DNA of 64,000 bases from Candidatus Latescibacterota bacterium (GTDB lineage: Bacteria; Latescibacterota; UBA2968; UBA8231): the NCBI GenBank assembly GCA_963422735.1, contig OY730476.1, positions 4,480,001-4,544,000 on the forward strand, written 5' to 3'. A program made the position numbers and the translations under genes. Shown piece by piece: positions 35,165 through 45,891 of this stretch. Every line of letters begins with the position of its first letter. Position 1 is the stretch's first letter. The notes under the pieces are model-generated. The model made no database searches. It was not told the origin of the DNA and saw nothing but the letters and a program-made list of their open reading frames with translations.

Positions 35165-35378
35165 CCGGCAATGCTCTTCAACAAAAATGACACCTAACCT
35201 ATTGACTACTTAACAGGCAATCCTACTCAATAGAATTATCCCAGTGCCTTCATATAGTCCTCACCCCGTGCTCGCGCAACCAACTCTTCAGGGGCACATC
35301 GGCTTCTGCGGGTTTTGATATCCACGCCGTCACCGAGCAACATTATCGGGCGAGTGGCGCAGTTTCTCCAGCCTCCCA

Positions 35379-36578
35379 CTACACCTCCAGCATCAACCGC
35401 GCCGGATCTTCCAACAGTTCCTTTATCCGCACCAAAAACGAAACCGACTGTTGCCCATCGACGAGCCGATGATCGTAGGACAGTGCCACGTACATCATCT
35501 GCCTGATCGCCACTTGGCCTTCCACGGCCACGGGCCGCTCTTGGATCGCGTGCATCCCCAGAATTCCACTTTGCGGCGCGTTTAGAATCGGCGTAGAAAG
35601 CAGCGAGCCAAAGATCCCGCCGTTGGTGATGGTAAAGGTGCCGCCGCTTAGCTCGGCCATGGCTAGCTTGTTGTCGCGGGCACTCAGCGCGAGTCGCTTG
35701 ATGTGGCTTTCGAGCTGGGCGATGGACATCTGCTCCGCGTGGTGCAAAACCGGTACGACTAGACCACGCTGAGTGCTCACCGCGATCCCCAAATTGACGA
35801 AGTCGTGATACACAATGTGCGTACCGTCGATCTGTGCGTTGATCGATGGGAACTCGCCGAGCGCGAGGACAGCGGCCCGCGAGAAAAAGGACATCAGCCC
35901 CAGCGACGCACCGTGGACTTGGGCAAAGCGCTCCTTGTACTTGGCCCGAAGTTGCATAACCCCGCTCATGTCGATTTCGTTGAAGGTCGTCAGCATGGCC
36001 GCGTTGTGCTGGGCGGCGACCAAGTGCTCGGCAATGCGCTGGCGGAGCCGGCTCATCGGTTCGCGGCGGATGGGATCGGGACCAGCGGGCGCAGGCGGCG
36101 GTTTAATAGGAGCGGCGGGCGCAGGTGGTGGCGGAGTGGGTTCGGGGACTGATGGCGGTTGAGTGGGTTCGGGCGCGGGCAGAGCCTCTATGTGGGCGAG
36201 TACGTCCTTCTTCGTCAGCCGCCCGTCCTTACCCGTGCCCTCAATTGCGGCCGGCTCTAGCTCGTGCTCTTCGACTAAGCGGCGCACGGCTGGGCTTAGG
36301 ACGGGTTCGGGTTGGGAGGCCGGGACAGGAGCGGCGGATTCTTCTGTTTCCTCTATCTCCGCGACTACAGCCCCTATAGCTAGGGTGGTGTCGATAGGTT
36401 GTAGGTGTTTGAGAGTGCCACCGGCTGGGGATGGCAGATCGACGTTGGCCTTGTCGGTCTCTAGTACGCAGAGTGGCTCGTCCTGCTCGACGCGCTCGCC
36501 GTCGCCCTTGAGCCACTCGAGGAGAATTACCTCGCTGACCGATTCGCCCATGCCCGGTATTTCGACTTGTACTGACAT
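35379..36578 (-). CDS. sucB: 2-oxoglutarate dehydrogenase E2, dihydrolipoyl succinyltransferase
   Basis: Lipoyl 'LETDKA', E3-binding 'SPAVRRL...[10 protein letters not shown]', '[11 protein letters not shown]', '[10 protein letters not shown]'. Confidence 0.95.
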   Translation of the reverse strand: MSVQVEIPGMGESVSEVILLEWLKGDGERVEQDEPLCVLETDKANVDLPSPAGGTLKHLQPIDTTLAIGAVVAEIEETEESAAPVPASQPEPVLSPAVRRLVEEHELEPAAIEGTGKDGRLTKKDVLAHIEALPAPEPTQPPSVPEPTPPPPAPAAPIKPPPAPAGPDPIRREPMSRLRQRIAEHLVAAQHNAAMLTTFNEIDMSGVMQLRAKYKERFAQVHGASLGLMSFFSRAAVLALGEFPSINAQIDGTHIVYHDFVNLGIAVSTQRGLVVPVLHHAEQMSIAQLESHIKRLALSARDNKLAMAELSGGTFTITNGGIFGSLLSTPILNAPQSGILGMHAIQERPVAVEGQVAIRQMMYVALSYDHRLVDGQQSVSFLVRIKELLEDPARLMLEV

Positions 36579-36588
36579 GCAAATGCTC

Positions 36589-39387
36589 CTAACCAGATTG
36601 CCGCCGCTGATGCAGCACCATGCCGCGGTCGCGGCCCAGTGCCTGCTCGACGATTTCCCGTTGCTCGGCTTCGTGAAGGAGTCCCGATCCGGTAGCCGGG
36701 CTGGCCGCTTCGTCGCGGCCCACGTAGTTCAGCTCGCAGTGTGCGGGCAGCAGTTCGTCCAGGTGGGGTCGGATGAAGCTCCAAGCCCCCATGTTTTGCG
36801 ATTCTTCCTGTACCCAGTAGAATTGCTCGACTGCGGGATAGCGGTCGAACGCAGCTTGGAGTTCGGCGGCCGGAAACGGATAGAGTTCCTCGACGCGCAG
36901 TAGCGCTACTCCATCGCTGCCGTTCCGCTCGCCGCAGGCGGCCACCAAGTCGTAGTATATCTTGCCGGTGCACAACACCACCCGGCCGACGGTGGCTGGA
37001 TCGGCGACGTCCGCGTCGTCGATAACCCGCTGAAACGTCCCGGCGGAAAACTCTTCTAGCTCTGAGACGCATTGCTTGTGCCGCAGGAGGCTTTTGGGGG
37101 TCATCAGCACCAGCGGCTTGCGGAAGTTGCGGTGGATCTGCCGTCGCAAGATGTGAAAAAACTGCGCTGGTGTGGTGGGATATGCCACCTGCATGTTGTT
37201 TTTGGCGCACAGTTGTAAGAAGCGCTCCAGTCGCGCACTCGAGTGATCTGGCCCCATGCCCTCGTAGCCGTGGGGCAACAGCAGCACCAATCCGCACATC
37301 CGCTGCCACTTGGCTTCGGCGCTGGAGAGGAATTGGTCGATGATCATCTGCGCGCCGTTGACGAAGTCGCCGAACTGGGCTTCCCACAAGACCAAGCGCC
37401 TCGGGTCCGCCGCACTGACCCCGTATTCAAAGCCGAGTACCGCCAGCTCCGACAGCATGGTGTTGAGCACGACGAAGTCGGCTTGGTCCCGCTCCAAACA
37501 CTGCAGGGGGATGTGCTCTGCACCCGTTTCGGTGTCGTGCCAGACGGCGTGGCGGTGAGCAAAAGTACCGCGCTGGCTATCTTGGCCGGTCAGGCGCACC
37601 GGCACCCCCTCCCGCAGTAACGAGCCGAAGGCCATCACCTCGCTGCAGCCCCAGTCAATGGGGGTCTGACCGGCGGCCATGGCGCGGCGCGCTTTGGCCA
37701 TCCTCTCGATTGTGCGGTGCAGCGAGAACCCTTTGGGGACTTGGGTCACCCGCTCGACGATCTGCCGCAGGATCTTGGCATCAACAGCCGTTTGTGCGCT
37801 CCAGTCATCGGGTGCCCAAGTCAGGCCCTGCCAGACGCCTCCGAAAGACGCAGTATGGGGCTGGACTTGCAGGCGGCGGGCGATTTGCTGGGCTTCTTCC
37901 AGCCGGGCGCGGATCCGCGCCCGGGTATCGTCGGATTCCTCTTGGGAGATTTTGTTCTGGGCAATGAGCTGGAAGGAATAGAGATGGAAGATCGTCGGAT
38001 GCTCGGCGATCTTTTGGTACATCAGCGGTTGGGTTAGGGTCGGGTCGTCGGCCTCGTTGTGGCCGTGGCGGCGATAACACCACAAATCGATGATGACATC
38101 CACCTTGAAGCGGTTCCTGAACTCCATCGCTACTTGCGCTGCTTGTACTACCGCATCGGGATCGTCGGCGTTGACGTGGAAGACCGGGGCCTGAATCTCC
38201 TTGGCTACGTCGGTTGGATAGGGGGTAAAGCGCGTCTCGTCGGCTGGGGCGGTGTAGCCGAGCTGATTGTTGATGATGATGTGGATGGTGCCGCCGGTGC
38301 GGTAGCCGGGCAATTCAGAAAGATTGAGGGTCTCAGAGACTATTCCTTGGCCGGTAAAGGCGGCCTCGCCGTGGATGAGCACCGGAACCACTCGCCCTCC
38401 TTCCTCGTCGTGCAAGTAGGCCTGCTTGGCATAGACGATGCCCTCGATGACCGGGTCAACTAGCTCCAGATGACTGGGGTTGAAACTCAGCGAGAGATGG
38501 ACCTTGCGCCCCGCGTTGGTGACGTGGTCGTAGGAATAGCCCTTGTGGTATTTGACGTCGCCCTCGTCGTCGTCGCGATCGATGCGGTCGGCTCCCTCGA
38601 ACTCAGCGAAGATCTTCTCGTAGGGCTTGTGCAAAAGGTGCGCTAGCACGTTGAGTCGGCCGCGGTGGGCCATGCCGATGACGATCTCTTCGACGCCTAG
38701 CTCAGAGCCGGTGCTGACCAGCTCGTCCAAGAGCGGCACCATGGACTCGCCCCCTTCAAGCGAGAAGCGCTTTTGCCCGACGTAGCGCGTGTGCAAAAAC
38801 TGCTCAAACTCCTCGGCGGCAATCAGCCGCGCGAGCACTTGGCGCGTCGCTTCTTCGGACAAGTTAGGGTTGTTGAGGCAAGGTTCGATCCGCTCTTGTA
38901 GCCAGTCGCGCTGATCCTTGTCTGGGATGTCCATGTATTCGACGCCAATGGAGCGACAATACGTGGCTTTCAGCTTGCTCAACAGCCCCTTTAATGTCCC
39001 GTCCGTGCGCCCGAGGAATCCGCCGTTGCCCACACTCTTTTCGAGGTCTTCTTCGGCGAGGCCAAATTCCACCAGATCCAACAGCGGCAGGCTCTGGCGG
39101 TTGTGCCCCAGCGGGTCGAGGCGGGCGACGAAGTGGCCCATTTGCCGATAGGCCTGCACGAGGGCTTGGACGCCTTCGAGGACCAAAAGGCCCTCGGTGG
39201 TCTCTATCGACTGCTGCGGCAAGACTTCTACTGGTTGGCTAGTGGTCGCAGAACGTGCGAAGCCGAATTCAAAGCCGCGGAAAAAGTGCTGCCACTCCTC
39301 TGGGATCGCGCTGGGATCGCGCTGGTACTGGGCATAGAGATCTTCAATGTACTCGGTGTTTTCAATATGGGTGTTGAAGGACGACAT
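36589..39387 (-). CDS. sucA: 2-oxoglutarate dehydrogenase E1
   Basis: '[11 protein letters not shown]', '[11 protein letters not shown]', 'GDVKYH', 'NPSHLE', 'WEAQFGDF', 'LLLPHGYEG', '[11 protein letters not shown]'. Confidence 0.96.
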   Translation of the reverse strand: MSSFNTHIENTEYIEDLYAQYQRDPSAIPEEWQHFFRGFEFGFARSATTSQPVEVLPQQSIETTEGLLVLEGVQALVQAYRQMGHFVARLDPLGHNRQSLPLLDLVEFGLAEEDLEKSVGNGGFLGRTDGTLKGLLSKLKATYCRSIGVEYMDIPDKDQRDWLQERIEPCLNNPNLSEEATRQVLARLIAAEEFEQFLHTRYVGQKRFSLEGGESMVPLLDELVSTGSELGVEEIVIGMAHRGRLNVLAHLLHKPYEKIFAEFEGADRIDRDDDEGDVKYHKGYSYDHVTNAGRKVHLSLSFNPSHLELVDPVIEGIVYAKQAYLHDEEGGRVVPVLIHGEAAFTGQGIVSETLNLSELPGYRTGGTIHIIINNQLGYTAPADETRFTPYPTDVAKEIQAPVFHVNADDPDAVVQAAQVAMEFRNRFKVDVIIDLWCYRRHGHNEADDPTLTQPLMYQKIAEHPTIFHLYSFQLIAQNKISQEESDDTRARIRARLEEAQQIARRLQVQPHTASFGGVWQGLTWAPDDWSAQTAVDAKILRQIVERVTQVPKGFSLHRTIERMAKARRAMAAGQTPIDWGCSEVMAFGSLLREGVPVRLTGQDSQRGTFAHRHAVWHDTETGAEHIPLQCLERDQADFVVLNTMLSELAVLGFEYGVSAADPRRLVLWEAQFGDFVNGAQMIIDQFLSSAEAKWQRMCGLVLLLPHGYEGMGPDHSSARLERFLQLCAKNNMQVAYPTTPAQFFHILRRQIHRNFRKPLVLMTPKSLLRHKQCVSELEEFSAGTFQRVIDDADVADPATVGRVVLCTGKIYYDLVAACGERNGSDGVALLRVEELYPFPAAELQAAFDRYPAVEQFYWVQEESQNMGAWSFIRPHLDELLPAHCELNYVGRDEAASPATGSGLLHEAEQREIVEQALGRDRGMVLHQRRQSG

Positions 39388-39428
39388 GGGGCGGCTCCGG
39401 TTGTTAAATTATAAACCTAAAACCTTAC

Positions 39429-39506
39429 TACACGACACCTGATCTGAGTGCGCGTTTTTAGTGTCGCTTTGGAAAGGCGGGCCAGTTGAGACCCTAGTGT
39501 CGTGTA
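39429..39506. repeat. 10-bp inverted repeat pair upstream of sucA
   Basis: TACACGACAC (39429-38) and GTGTCGTGTA (39497-506). Confidence 0.5.
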
Positions 39507-39617
39507 TAGCTAAAATAGAGACAATTTTTATTGGCGACAATTTACCCTTATGTGCTGACGATGTCGCCTGAAGCAAAGATCGCAAGAGAAATTGCGTGGT
39601 TTCTCCCCGTCGCCCCG

Positions 39618-39737
39618 CTGGATTCCCGCTTTCACCTGCCTGTGCGTTGCACACATACAGGCGGGAATGACGAGTCTCAGGCCCGCTCCGGCCTAGGGCC
39701 CAACGGGGGCGTCATTCCTGCGGAAGCAGGAATCTAG
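39618..39737. repeat. Inverted pair of GTCATTCC-type palindromic repeats, first copy interrupted by a small hairpin insert
   Basis: CTGGATTCCCGCTTTC[acctgcctgtgcgttgcacacatacag]GCGGGAATGAC ... GTCATTCCTGCGGAAGCAGGAATCTAG. Confidence 0.7.
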
Positions 39738-39764
39738 CGCATGGACCACTCCGCGAACTAACTT

Positions 39765-39833
39765 GTAGAGACAAGCCTCTGTGCCTGTCTTGGCCGGGTC
39801 GGGATTGGGGCTGCCACAAGGGACGACCCCTAC
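39765..39833. repeat. Degenerate GTAG-family REP doublet (REPIN-like)
   Basis: GTAGAGACAAGCCTCTGTGCCTGTCT ... GGCTGCCACAAGGGACGACCCCTAC; starts GTAG, ends CTAC. Confidence 0.55.
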
Positions 39834-39938
39834 GATAAACTTTGTCGCTGCCTAGGCCTGCGCCCTGCGGCCCAATCCTTGAGCAGCTAAACGGCAACGC
39901 TTACATTCACTTCGGCCTTTCCCTTCAGAAAGTATCCC

Positions 39939-42900
39939 ATGCTACTCGCCTTTGTCGGCCCTCCGGCCCTGTCGTCTCTTCGCCGCCGGTCGCTCCTAGT
40001 GCGCTGCCAGCGTTGTGCGCCCGAAGTTGAGGATTTGTGCGCTGCGTACTTCTATGCCGTGCAATGTACGCGCGTCCTAGCTGACGACGAGATGAGGCGG
40101 CTCATGCACATCCTCGACGTGGACGCAGCCCTGCCGGCGCGGGCGCACAACGAGGTGGCCATTGGCCCGCGGCCGGGCACGACATCCCCGTGGTCGAGCA
40201 AGGCTACGGACATCCTCAAAAACTGCGGCCTAGCATTCGTGCGCCGCGTCGAGCGCGGTACGCTCTATACCTTTGCCGCCGATAGTTTGCCCAGCGCGGT
40301 CTTGCCGCTGCTCTACGACCGCATGACCGAGGCTCCGCTCGACTCCTTGGAGGCCCTCTTTCGCCGCGTGGAGCCCAAACCGCTAGTCTACATCCCGGTG
40401 CGGGCCGAGGGGCGGCGTGCGCTTGAGGTCGCCAATCGCGAGATGGGCTTGGCCCTCTCAGACGAGGAAGTTGACTACGCGCTGCACGCCTTTGCGGGCC
40501 GCGACCCGACCGACGTGGAGCTGATGATGTTTGCGGTGGTCAACTCCGAGCACTGCCGCCACAAAATTTTCAACGCCGATTGGATCATCGACGGCCAGCG
40601 CGAAGCGCACTCGCTCTTCGACATGATTCGCCACACGCATGCCGCTCACCCGCAAGGCACGGTTAAGGCGTATTCCGACAACGCCGGTGTGATCGAGGGC
40701 TTTGCCGTGCCGATCTTCGGCCCAGACGAGGGCTTTCGCTATGGATACCGCCAACGGCAGACCCATGTCTTGATCAAGGTCGAGACCCACAACCATCCCA
40801 CCGCCATCGCACCCTATCCCGGGGCGTCCACCGGAGTCGGGGGGGAGATCCGCGACGAGGGGGCGGCCGGCACCGGCGGCTGGTCGCAGGCGGGCCTGTG
40901 TGCCTTTTTCACCTCGCATCTGCACCTTCCTGGGTTTGCCCAGCCTTGGGAAAAAGAGCGTGCGGCCTTCCCAGATCGCTTGGCTACCCCGCTCGCTATA
41001 ATGACCGAAGGGCCGATCGGCGGCGCGGCCTTTGGCAATGAATTCGGCCGGCCCAACATCCTGGGGATGTTCCGCACCCTGGAAGACGACAGCACCGGGG
41101 GGTGGCGCGGCTACCACAAGCCCATCATGGTCGCTGGCGGCGTTGGCCTCATAGACGCCGCGCACGTCGAAAAGAAAATCCCGGCCGCGGGCGATTGCGT
41201 CATTCAGCTCGGGGGGCCGGCCATGCTCATCGGCCTCGGCGGCGGCGCGGCCTCTAGTATGGACACAGGTGCCAACAGCGAGGACCTCGATTTCGCCTCC
41301 GTGCAGCGCGACAACCCCGAGATGCAGCGCCGCTGCCAAGAGCTAATCAGCCGCTGCATCTTGCTCGGTGTGGAAAATCCCATCATCAGCATCCACGACG
41401 TGGGGGCCGGCGGCCTGTCCAATGCCTGCCCGGAACTGGTGGCCGATGTGGGGGCGCGCTTTGATTTGCGCGCCATTCACAACGACGACCCGGGCATGAG
41501 TCCCATGCAGATTTGGAGCAACGAGGCGCAAGAGCGCTACGTGCTGGTGGTGGGCCGCGCCGATTTGGATCGCTTTGCCGAACTGGCCGCGCGCGAGCGC
41601 TGCCTGTTTGCAGTCATCGGCGAAGTCACTGGCGACGGTGCGCTGTCGCTCGACGACGCGCTGCTCGGCGGCAAGCCCATCGACGACCTCGACCTAGCGG
41701 TCATTTTGGGCAAGCCGCCCAAGATGCTGCGCCGCGCGACGAGCAACCAGCCCGTGCGGCAACCCCTCGCCTTAGAGGAACTTTCGCTAGCCGAGGCCGC
41801 CGAGCGCGTGCTCCGCTTTCCGGCCGTAGCGGCCAAGACCTTTCTCGTCGCCATTGCCGACCGCACGGTCACGGGCTTGGTGGCCCGCGATCAGATGGTT
41901 GGTCCCCATCAGGTGCCGGTCGCGGATTTGGCTTTGACCTGCCACTCCTTTCGGGGGTACACCGGGTCGGCCATGGCCATGGGCGAGCGCACGCCCCTCG
42001 CCTTGGTGGATGCACGGGCGTCCGGGCGCGTGGCCATTGCCGAGGCCATCACCAACATTGCCTCGGCGCACATTGGCCCGATTCACCGCATCAAGCTGTC
42101 GGGCAACTGGATGTGCGCCTGCGGTGAAGAGGGCGAAGACGCGGCCTTGTACGACGCGGTGCGCGCAGTAGGGTTGGAGTTTTGCCCGGCATTGGGAGTG
42201 TCGATCCCGGTGGGCAAAGACTCGCTGTCCATGCGGGCGGTGTGGGAAGACGCCGAGGGCATGGCGCACAAAGTAGTCGCGCCTTTGAGCTTGGTCGTCT
42301 CGGCCTTCGCGCCGGTGGACGACGTGCGCCGCCACGCCACGCCCGATCTAAAGCGCGTCGGCCGCACCCGGTTGCTGCTCGTGGATTTGGGCCGTGGGCA
42401 AAACCGTCTCGGCGGCTCTTGCCTCGCCCAGGTGTACAATCAAATCGGCAGCGAGGCTCCAGACGTAGATGCACGCGATGTGCGCTGTTTGTACGAGGCC
42501 ATACAGACTTTGCTCAGCCAAAATCTCGTGCTCGCGTACCACGACCGCTCCGACGGCGGCCTCTTCACGGCGGTGGCCGAGATGGCGTTTGCGGGCCGCT
42601 GTGGCGTGGAGTTGGAAGTTGCCGCGCTGGGCCGCGATCTGCTCGCCGCGCTCTTTTCCGAGGAAGTGGGCGTTGTGATCCAATACCGCGCCGAGGATGA
42701 GGAAGCCGTGTATAAGGTTTTTGCAGATCAGGCTCTCACCGATTGGGTGCATGACATAGGCCAGCCCGTTGACGATTTGCATCTGCGCGTTTGCAGCAGC
42801 GGCGATCTCGTCTATGCTGCTCCACTGCTCGACCTCCACGCAGCGTGGGCTGAGCTGACGTATCGGATGCAGGCCCACCGCGACGACCCGGACTGCGCCC

Positions 42901-43775
42901 GCGAAGAGTACGAGGCCCTTGCCGATGGGCAGGATCCGGGCCTGAGCTTCCACTTGGCACACAAAGCCGCTCCGACCATAGGCGGGAAGGCTCGGCCCCG
43001 CGTGGCGATACTGCGTGAACAGGGCATCAACGGCCAGGTGGAAATGGCTGCGGCTTTTGACGCAGCCGCCTGCGAGGCGGTTGACGTGACCATGACCGAC
43101 CTGTTGGCAGGCCGCGTCGAGTTGAATTCATTCCACGGGCTGGCTGCCTGCGGCGGCTTTAGCTACGGCGATGTGCTCGGGGCCGGGGCCGGCTGGGCGC
43201 GTTCGATCCTCTTCCACGATCGCCTGTGCGAGCAATTCGCCGCCTTCTTTGAGCGGCCAGATACCTTTTCCTTGGGGGTGTGCAATGGCTGCCAGATGCT
43301 GTCGCACCTCAAGGGGCTGATCCCGGGCGCGGCCAATTGGCCGCAATTTGTGCGCAACCGCTCCGAGCAGTTTGAGGCGCGGTTTGCCACCGTAGAGGTG
43401 CTGGAGAGCCAATCGGTGCTCTTGCGCGGCATGGAAGGGTCGCGCCTGCCCATTGCGGTGGCGCACGGCGAGGGCCGCGTCCAATTTGGCGACGATCAGG
43501 CACTAGAACGAGCGCGGACGCAACATCAGCTCTGCCTGTGCTACGTGGATAACTACGGTCGCCCGGCCGAGCGCTATCCGTCCAATCCCAACGGCTCGCC
43601 CGGCGGGTTGACGGCCTTCACCACTGCTGACGGTCGCGCCACCATTGTGATGCCGCACCCAGAGCGCGTCTTCCGCAATGTGCAGTTGTCATGGCGTCCT
43701 ACCGAGTGGACGGGCGAAGAAGGACCTTGGCTGAAGCTATTTCAGAATGCCCGAGACTTTGCGGACGCGAGCTGA
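39939..43775 (+). CDS. purL: Phosphoribosylformylglycinamidine synthase, large single-chain type
   Basis: '[11 protein letters not shown]', '[11 protein letters not shown]', '[12 protein letters not shown]', 'GKDSLSM', glutaminase 'CGGFSYGD', 'GVCNGCQM', 'MPHPER'. Confidence 0.96.
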   Translation: MLLAFVGPPALSSLRRRSLLVRCQRCAPEVEDLCAAYFYAVQCTRVLADDEMRRLMHILDVDAALPARAHNEVAIGPRPGTTSPWSSKATDILKNCGLAFVRRVERGTLYTFAADSLPSAVLPLLYDRMTEAPLDSLEALFRRVEPKPLVYIPVRAEGRRALEVANREMGLALSDEEVDYALHAFAGRDPTDVELMMFAVVNSEHCRHKIFNADWIIDGQREAHSLFDMIRHTHAAHPQGTVKAYSDNAGVIEGFAVPIFGPDEGFRYGYRQRQTHVLIKVETHNHPTAIAPYPGASTGVGGEIRDEGAAGTGGWSQAGLCAFFTSHLHLPGFAQPWEKERAAFPDRLATPLAIMTEGPIGGAAFGNEFGRPNILGMFRTLEDDSTGGWRGYHKPIMVAGGVGLIDAAHVEKKIPAAGDCVIQLGGPAMLIGLGGGAASSMDTGANSEDLDFASVQRDNPEMQRRCQELISRCILLGVENPIISIHDVGAGGLSNACPELVADVGARFDLRAIHNDDPGMSPMQIWSNEAQERYVLVVGRADLDRFAELAARERCLFAVIGEVTGDGALSLDDALLGGKPIDDLDLAVILGKPPKMLRRATSNQPVRQPLALEELSLAEAAERVLRFPAVAAKTFLVAIADRTVTGLVARDQMVGPHQVPVADLALTCHSFRGYTGSAMAMGERTPLALVDARASGRVAIAEAITNIASAHIGPIHRIKLSGNWMCACGEEGEDAALYDAVRAVGLEFCPALGVSIPVGKDSLSMRAVWEDAEGMAHKVVAPLSLVVSAFAPVDDVRRHATPDLKRVGRTRLLLVDLGRGQNRLGGSCLAQVYNQIGSEAPDVDARDVRCLYEAIQTLLSQNLVLAYHDRSDGGLFTAVAEMAFAGRCGVELEVAALGRDLLAALFSEEVGVVIQYRAEDEEAVYKVFADQALTDWVHDIGQPVDDLHLRVCSSGDLVYAAPLLDLHAAWAELTYRMQAHRDDPDCAREEYEALADGQDPGLSFHLAHKAAPTIGGKARPRVAILREQGINGQVEMAAAFDAAACEAVDVTMTDLLAGRVELNSFHGLAACGGFSYGDVLGAGAGWARSILFHDRLCEQFAAFFERPDTFSLGVCNGCQMLSHLKGLIPGAANWPQFVRNRSEQFEARFATVEVLESQSVLLRGMEGSRLPIAVAHGEGRVQFGDDQALERARTQHQLCLCYVDNYGRPAERYPSNPNGSPGGLTAFTTADGRATIVMPHPERVFRNVQLSWRPTEWTGEEGPWLKLFQNARDFADAS

Positions 43776-43792
43776 CTAAGAAGATCCACAGC

Positions 43793-44836
43793 ATGAAGCA
43801 ATTGATTCTCTTCATTTACATGAGTGGTCTGCTTTTCGCTTCCCCGGTGGGTGCGGCCACAATCGAAGAAGTGCTGGCGTACTGCCGTGCAAAGGACCAA
43901 GAGGCCGACCGGCTCGCTTGTTATGATGAATTGGCTCGTGCCGTCGCAGAGGGCGTAGCCCTTCCCGCCCTACCTAATTCCGGCATAGGTAAGTGGGAGG
44001 TGAGTCAAGAAGTCTCGCCGGTTGATGACTCGCGAACTGTATACATGTACTTAGCAGCGGAGAACGAAGTTGATGTAAGAGGTTGGGGATTGGGGGCCAC
44101 TCGCCCGCGGCTTATAGTTCGTTGTCAGGAGGGCGAAACGGAGGTATACATTATTTACGATTCGTCTTTGGATCTCTTGGAAGACTATATCACCGTTTTG
44201 ACCCGTTTTGACAAGCACGCTGCACAAGAGCATCGTTGGGGTCTGTCCACGGATAAGGAGGCGATTTTTGCGCCGGAAGGCGTTCTTTGGGCGCGTACGA
44301 TAGCAAATGCGCAAAAGCTGTTTGTGCGATTTACTCCGTCGGGAGAGAGTCCGGTATCTGCTACTTTCCATCTGATGGGCAGTGAAGAGGCGATGCGTCC
44401 ATTGCGCGAGGCCTGTGGCTGGGGGATAGACCTACCATTAGATGACGTGACCATTGAGGACACCGAGCTCGATTTTGGTCTCGACGATCTGGCCCCGCCG
44501 CCGCCATTAGAGGAGGAGGTGGTTGAGGAAATCGAGTTGGAGGAAGAAGAGATCGTTGAGTTGTGGCGGGTGGAGAAGCAGCCTGTGATTACCAAGAAAA
44601 TAAAGCCGAAGTATCCGGCCAACGCCCAGAAGGCCAATATTACGGGCAAGGTGTTTGTCACCGCGCTAGTGGGCAAAGACGGCAAGGTCGAGCAAGTGGG
44701 CAAGATCACGGGTCCCAAGGTGTTCCACGAGGTGGCCAAGGCCGCCGCTCTTGAGTCGGAGTTTACGCCGGCGATGCAAAACGATAGACCCGTCAAGGTC
44801 TGGGTCAGCCTGCCCTTCACCTTTAGGAATAATTGA
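43793..44836 (+). CDS. Secreted VasI-like domain fused to an acidic/Pro linker and TonB C-terminal domain
   Basis: Signal peptide; 'DRLACYD', 'GKWEV....SPVDDS', 'LIVRCQEG', 'WGLSTD', 'PLREACGW'; then 'PPPPLEEE', 'PKYP..AQKANITGKVFV', 'FTPAMQNDRPVKVWVSLPFTF'. Confidence 0.75.
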   Translation: MKQLILFIYMSGLLFASPVGAATIEEVLAYCRAKDQEADRLACYDELARAVAEGVALPALPNSGIGKWEVSQEVSPVDDSRTVYMYLAAENEVDVRGWGLGATRPRLIVRCQEGETEVYIIYDSSLDLLEDYITVLTRFDKHAAQEHRWGLSTDKEAIFAPEGVLWARTIANAQKLFVRFTPSGESPVSATFHLMGSEEAMRPLREACGWGIDLPLDDVTIEDTELDFGLDDLAPPPPLEEEVVEEIELEEEEIVELWRVEKQPVITKKIKPKYPANAQKANITGKVFVTALVGKDGKVEQVGKITGPKVFHEVAKAAALESEFTPAMQNDRPVKVWVSLPFTFRNN

Positions 44837-44876
44837 CACATATCCAACCCCTTCTCTCGTCAAGGAACCTGTCTAT

Positions 44877-45878
44877 ATGAACAGCTCAAAAGAACAGCGA
44901 CCGCCCATCCGCTGGGGCATCCTCGGCCCGGGCAGCATTGCCCACAAATTCGCCGTTGGCCTCAAGGCCATTCCCGAAGGGGAGTTGGTCGCCGTTGGCT
45001 CGCGCAACCCACAGCGCGCCGACGCCTTTGCCGACCAGTACGGTGCCCCCAACCGCCACGCCTCGTACGAGGCCCTCAGCACCGATCCCGACATTGACGC
45101 GGTGTACGTGGCCACCCCCCATCCCTTCCACAAAGACCATGCTATCCGCTGCCTCGAAGCCGGCAAGGCCGTGCTCTGCGAGAAGCCCTTTACCATCAAC
45201 GCCGCCGAGGCCGAATCCGTCGTCGCCAGCGCCCGCGACAACTGCGTCTTTCTGATGGAGGCCATGTGGACCCGCTACTTGCCCATTATGGTGCAGGTGC
45301 GCCAGTGGCTCGACGCTGGTGCCATCGGCGAGCCGCTGATGGTCAACGCTGACTTTGGTTTTCGCGCCAGCGTCAATCCCACCGGCCGGCTCTTCAACCC
45401 CGCTCTGGGCGGCGGTGCCCTGCTCGACATCGGCATCTACGTCGTCTCCTTTGCAGCAATGGTCCTCGGGTCGCAGCCAGCCCAGATCGCCGCTGCCGCG
45501 CACCTTGGCGAAACCGGCGTTGACGAGCAAACCGGCATCGTGCTCCGCTATAGCAGCGGTGCCATTGCCAACCTCTCCTGTGCCATCCGCGCTTCCACCT
45601 CACACGAGGCCCGCATCGTCGGTAGCAAGGGGACGATTGCCATCGATCCGTCGTGGTGGAGAGGCGAAAGCGCCACGCTCAAAGCCGGGGGCCGAAAAGA
45701 GCATATCGAGTTGCCGTTGGAGGGCAATGGCTATAACTACGAAGCGCAGGAGGTAGCCCGCTGCCTCGCCGCTGGCGAATGCGAGAGCGCGGTCATGTCG
45801 CTCGACGAAACCGTGGCGCTGATGCGGATCCTCGACGAAATCCGCGCTCAGATCGGTCTAAAATATCCAATGGAATGA
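44877..45878 (+). CDS. Gfo/Idh/MocA oxidoreductase (dihydrodiol/xylose dehydrogenase-like)
   Basis: 'RWGILGPGSIA', 'YVATPHPFH', 'VLCEKP', 'MEAMWTR', 'GGGALLDIGIY'. Confidence 0.9.
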   Translation: MNSSKEQRPPIRWGILGPGSIAHKFAVGLKAIPEGELVAVGSRNPQRADAFADQYGAPNRHASYEALSTDPDIDAVYVATPHPFHKDHAIRCLEAGKAVLCEKPFTINAAEAESVVASARDNCVFLMEAMWTRYLPIMVQVRQWLDAGAIGEPLMVNADFGFRASVNPTGRLFNPALGGGALLDIGIYVVSFAAMVLGSQPAQIAAAAHLGETGVDEQTGIVLRYSSGAIANLSCAIRASTSHEARIVGSKGTIAIDPSWWRGESATLKAGGRKEHIELPLEGNGYNYEAQEVARCLAAGECESAVMSLDETVALMRILDEIRAQIGLKYPME

Positions 45879-45891
45879 AAGGAAAAAACTC

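Noticed and set aside
36085-36185. Low-complexity GC/purine repeats in sucB
   Set aside because: Ordinary Pro/Ala-rich E2 linker.
43793-44430. Type VI secretion cluster suggested by the VasI-like domain
   Set aside because: No tss/hcp/vgrG genes are in the window, and VasI-like domains occur outside T6SS loci.
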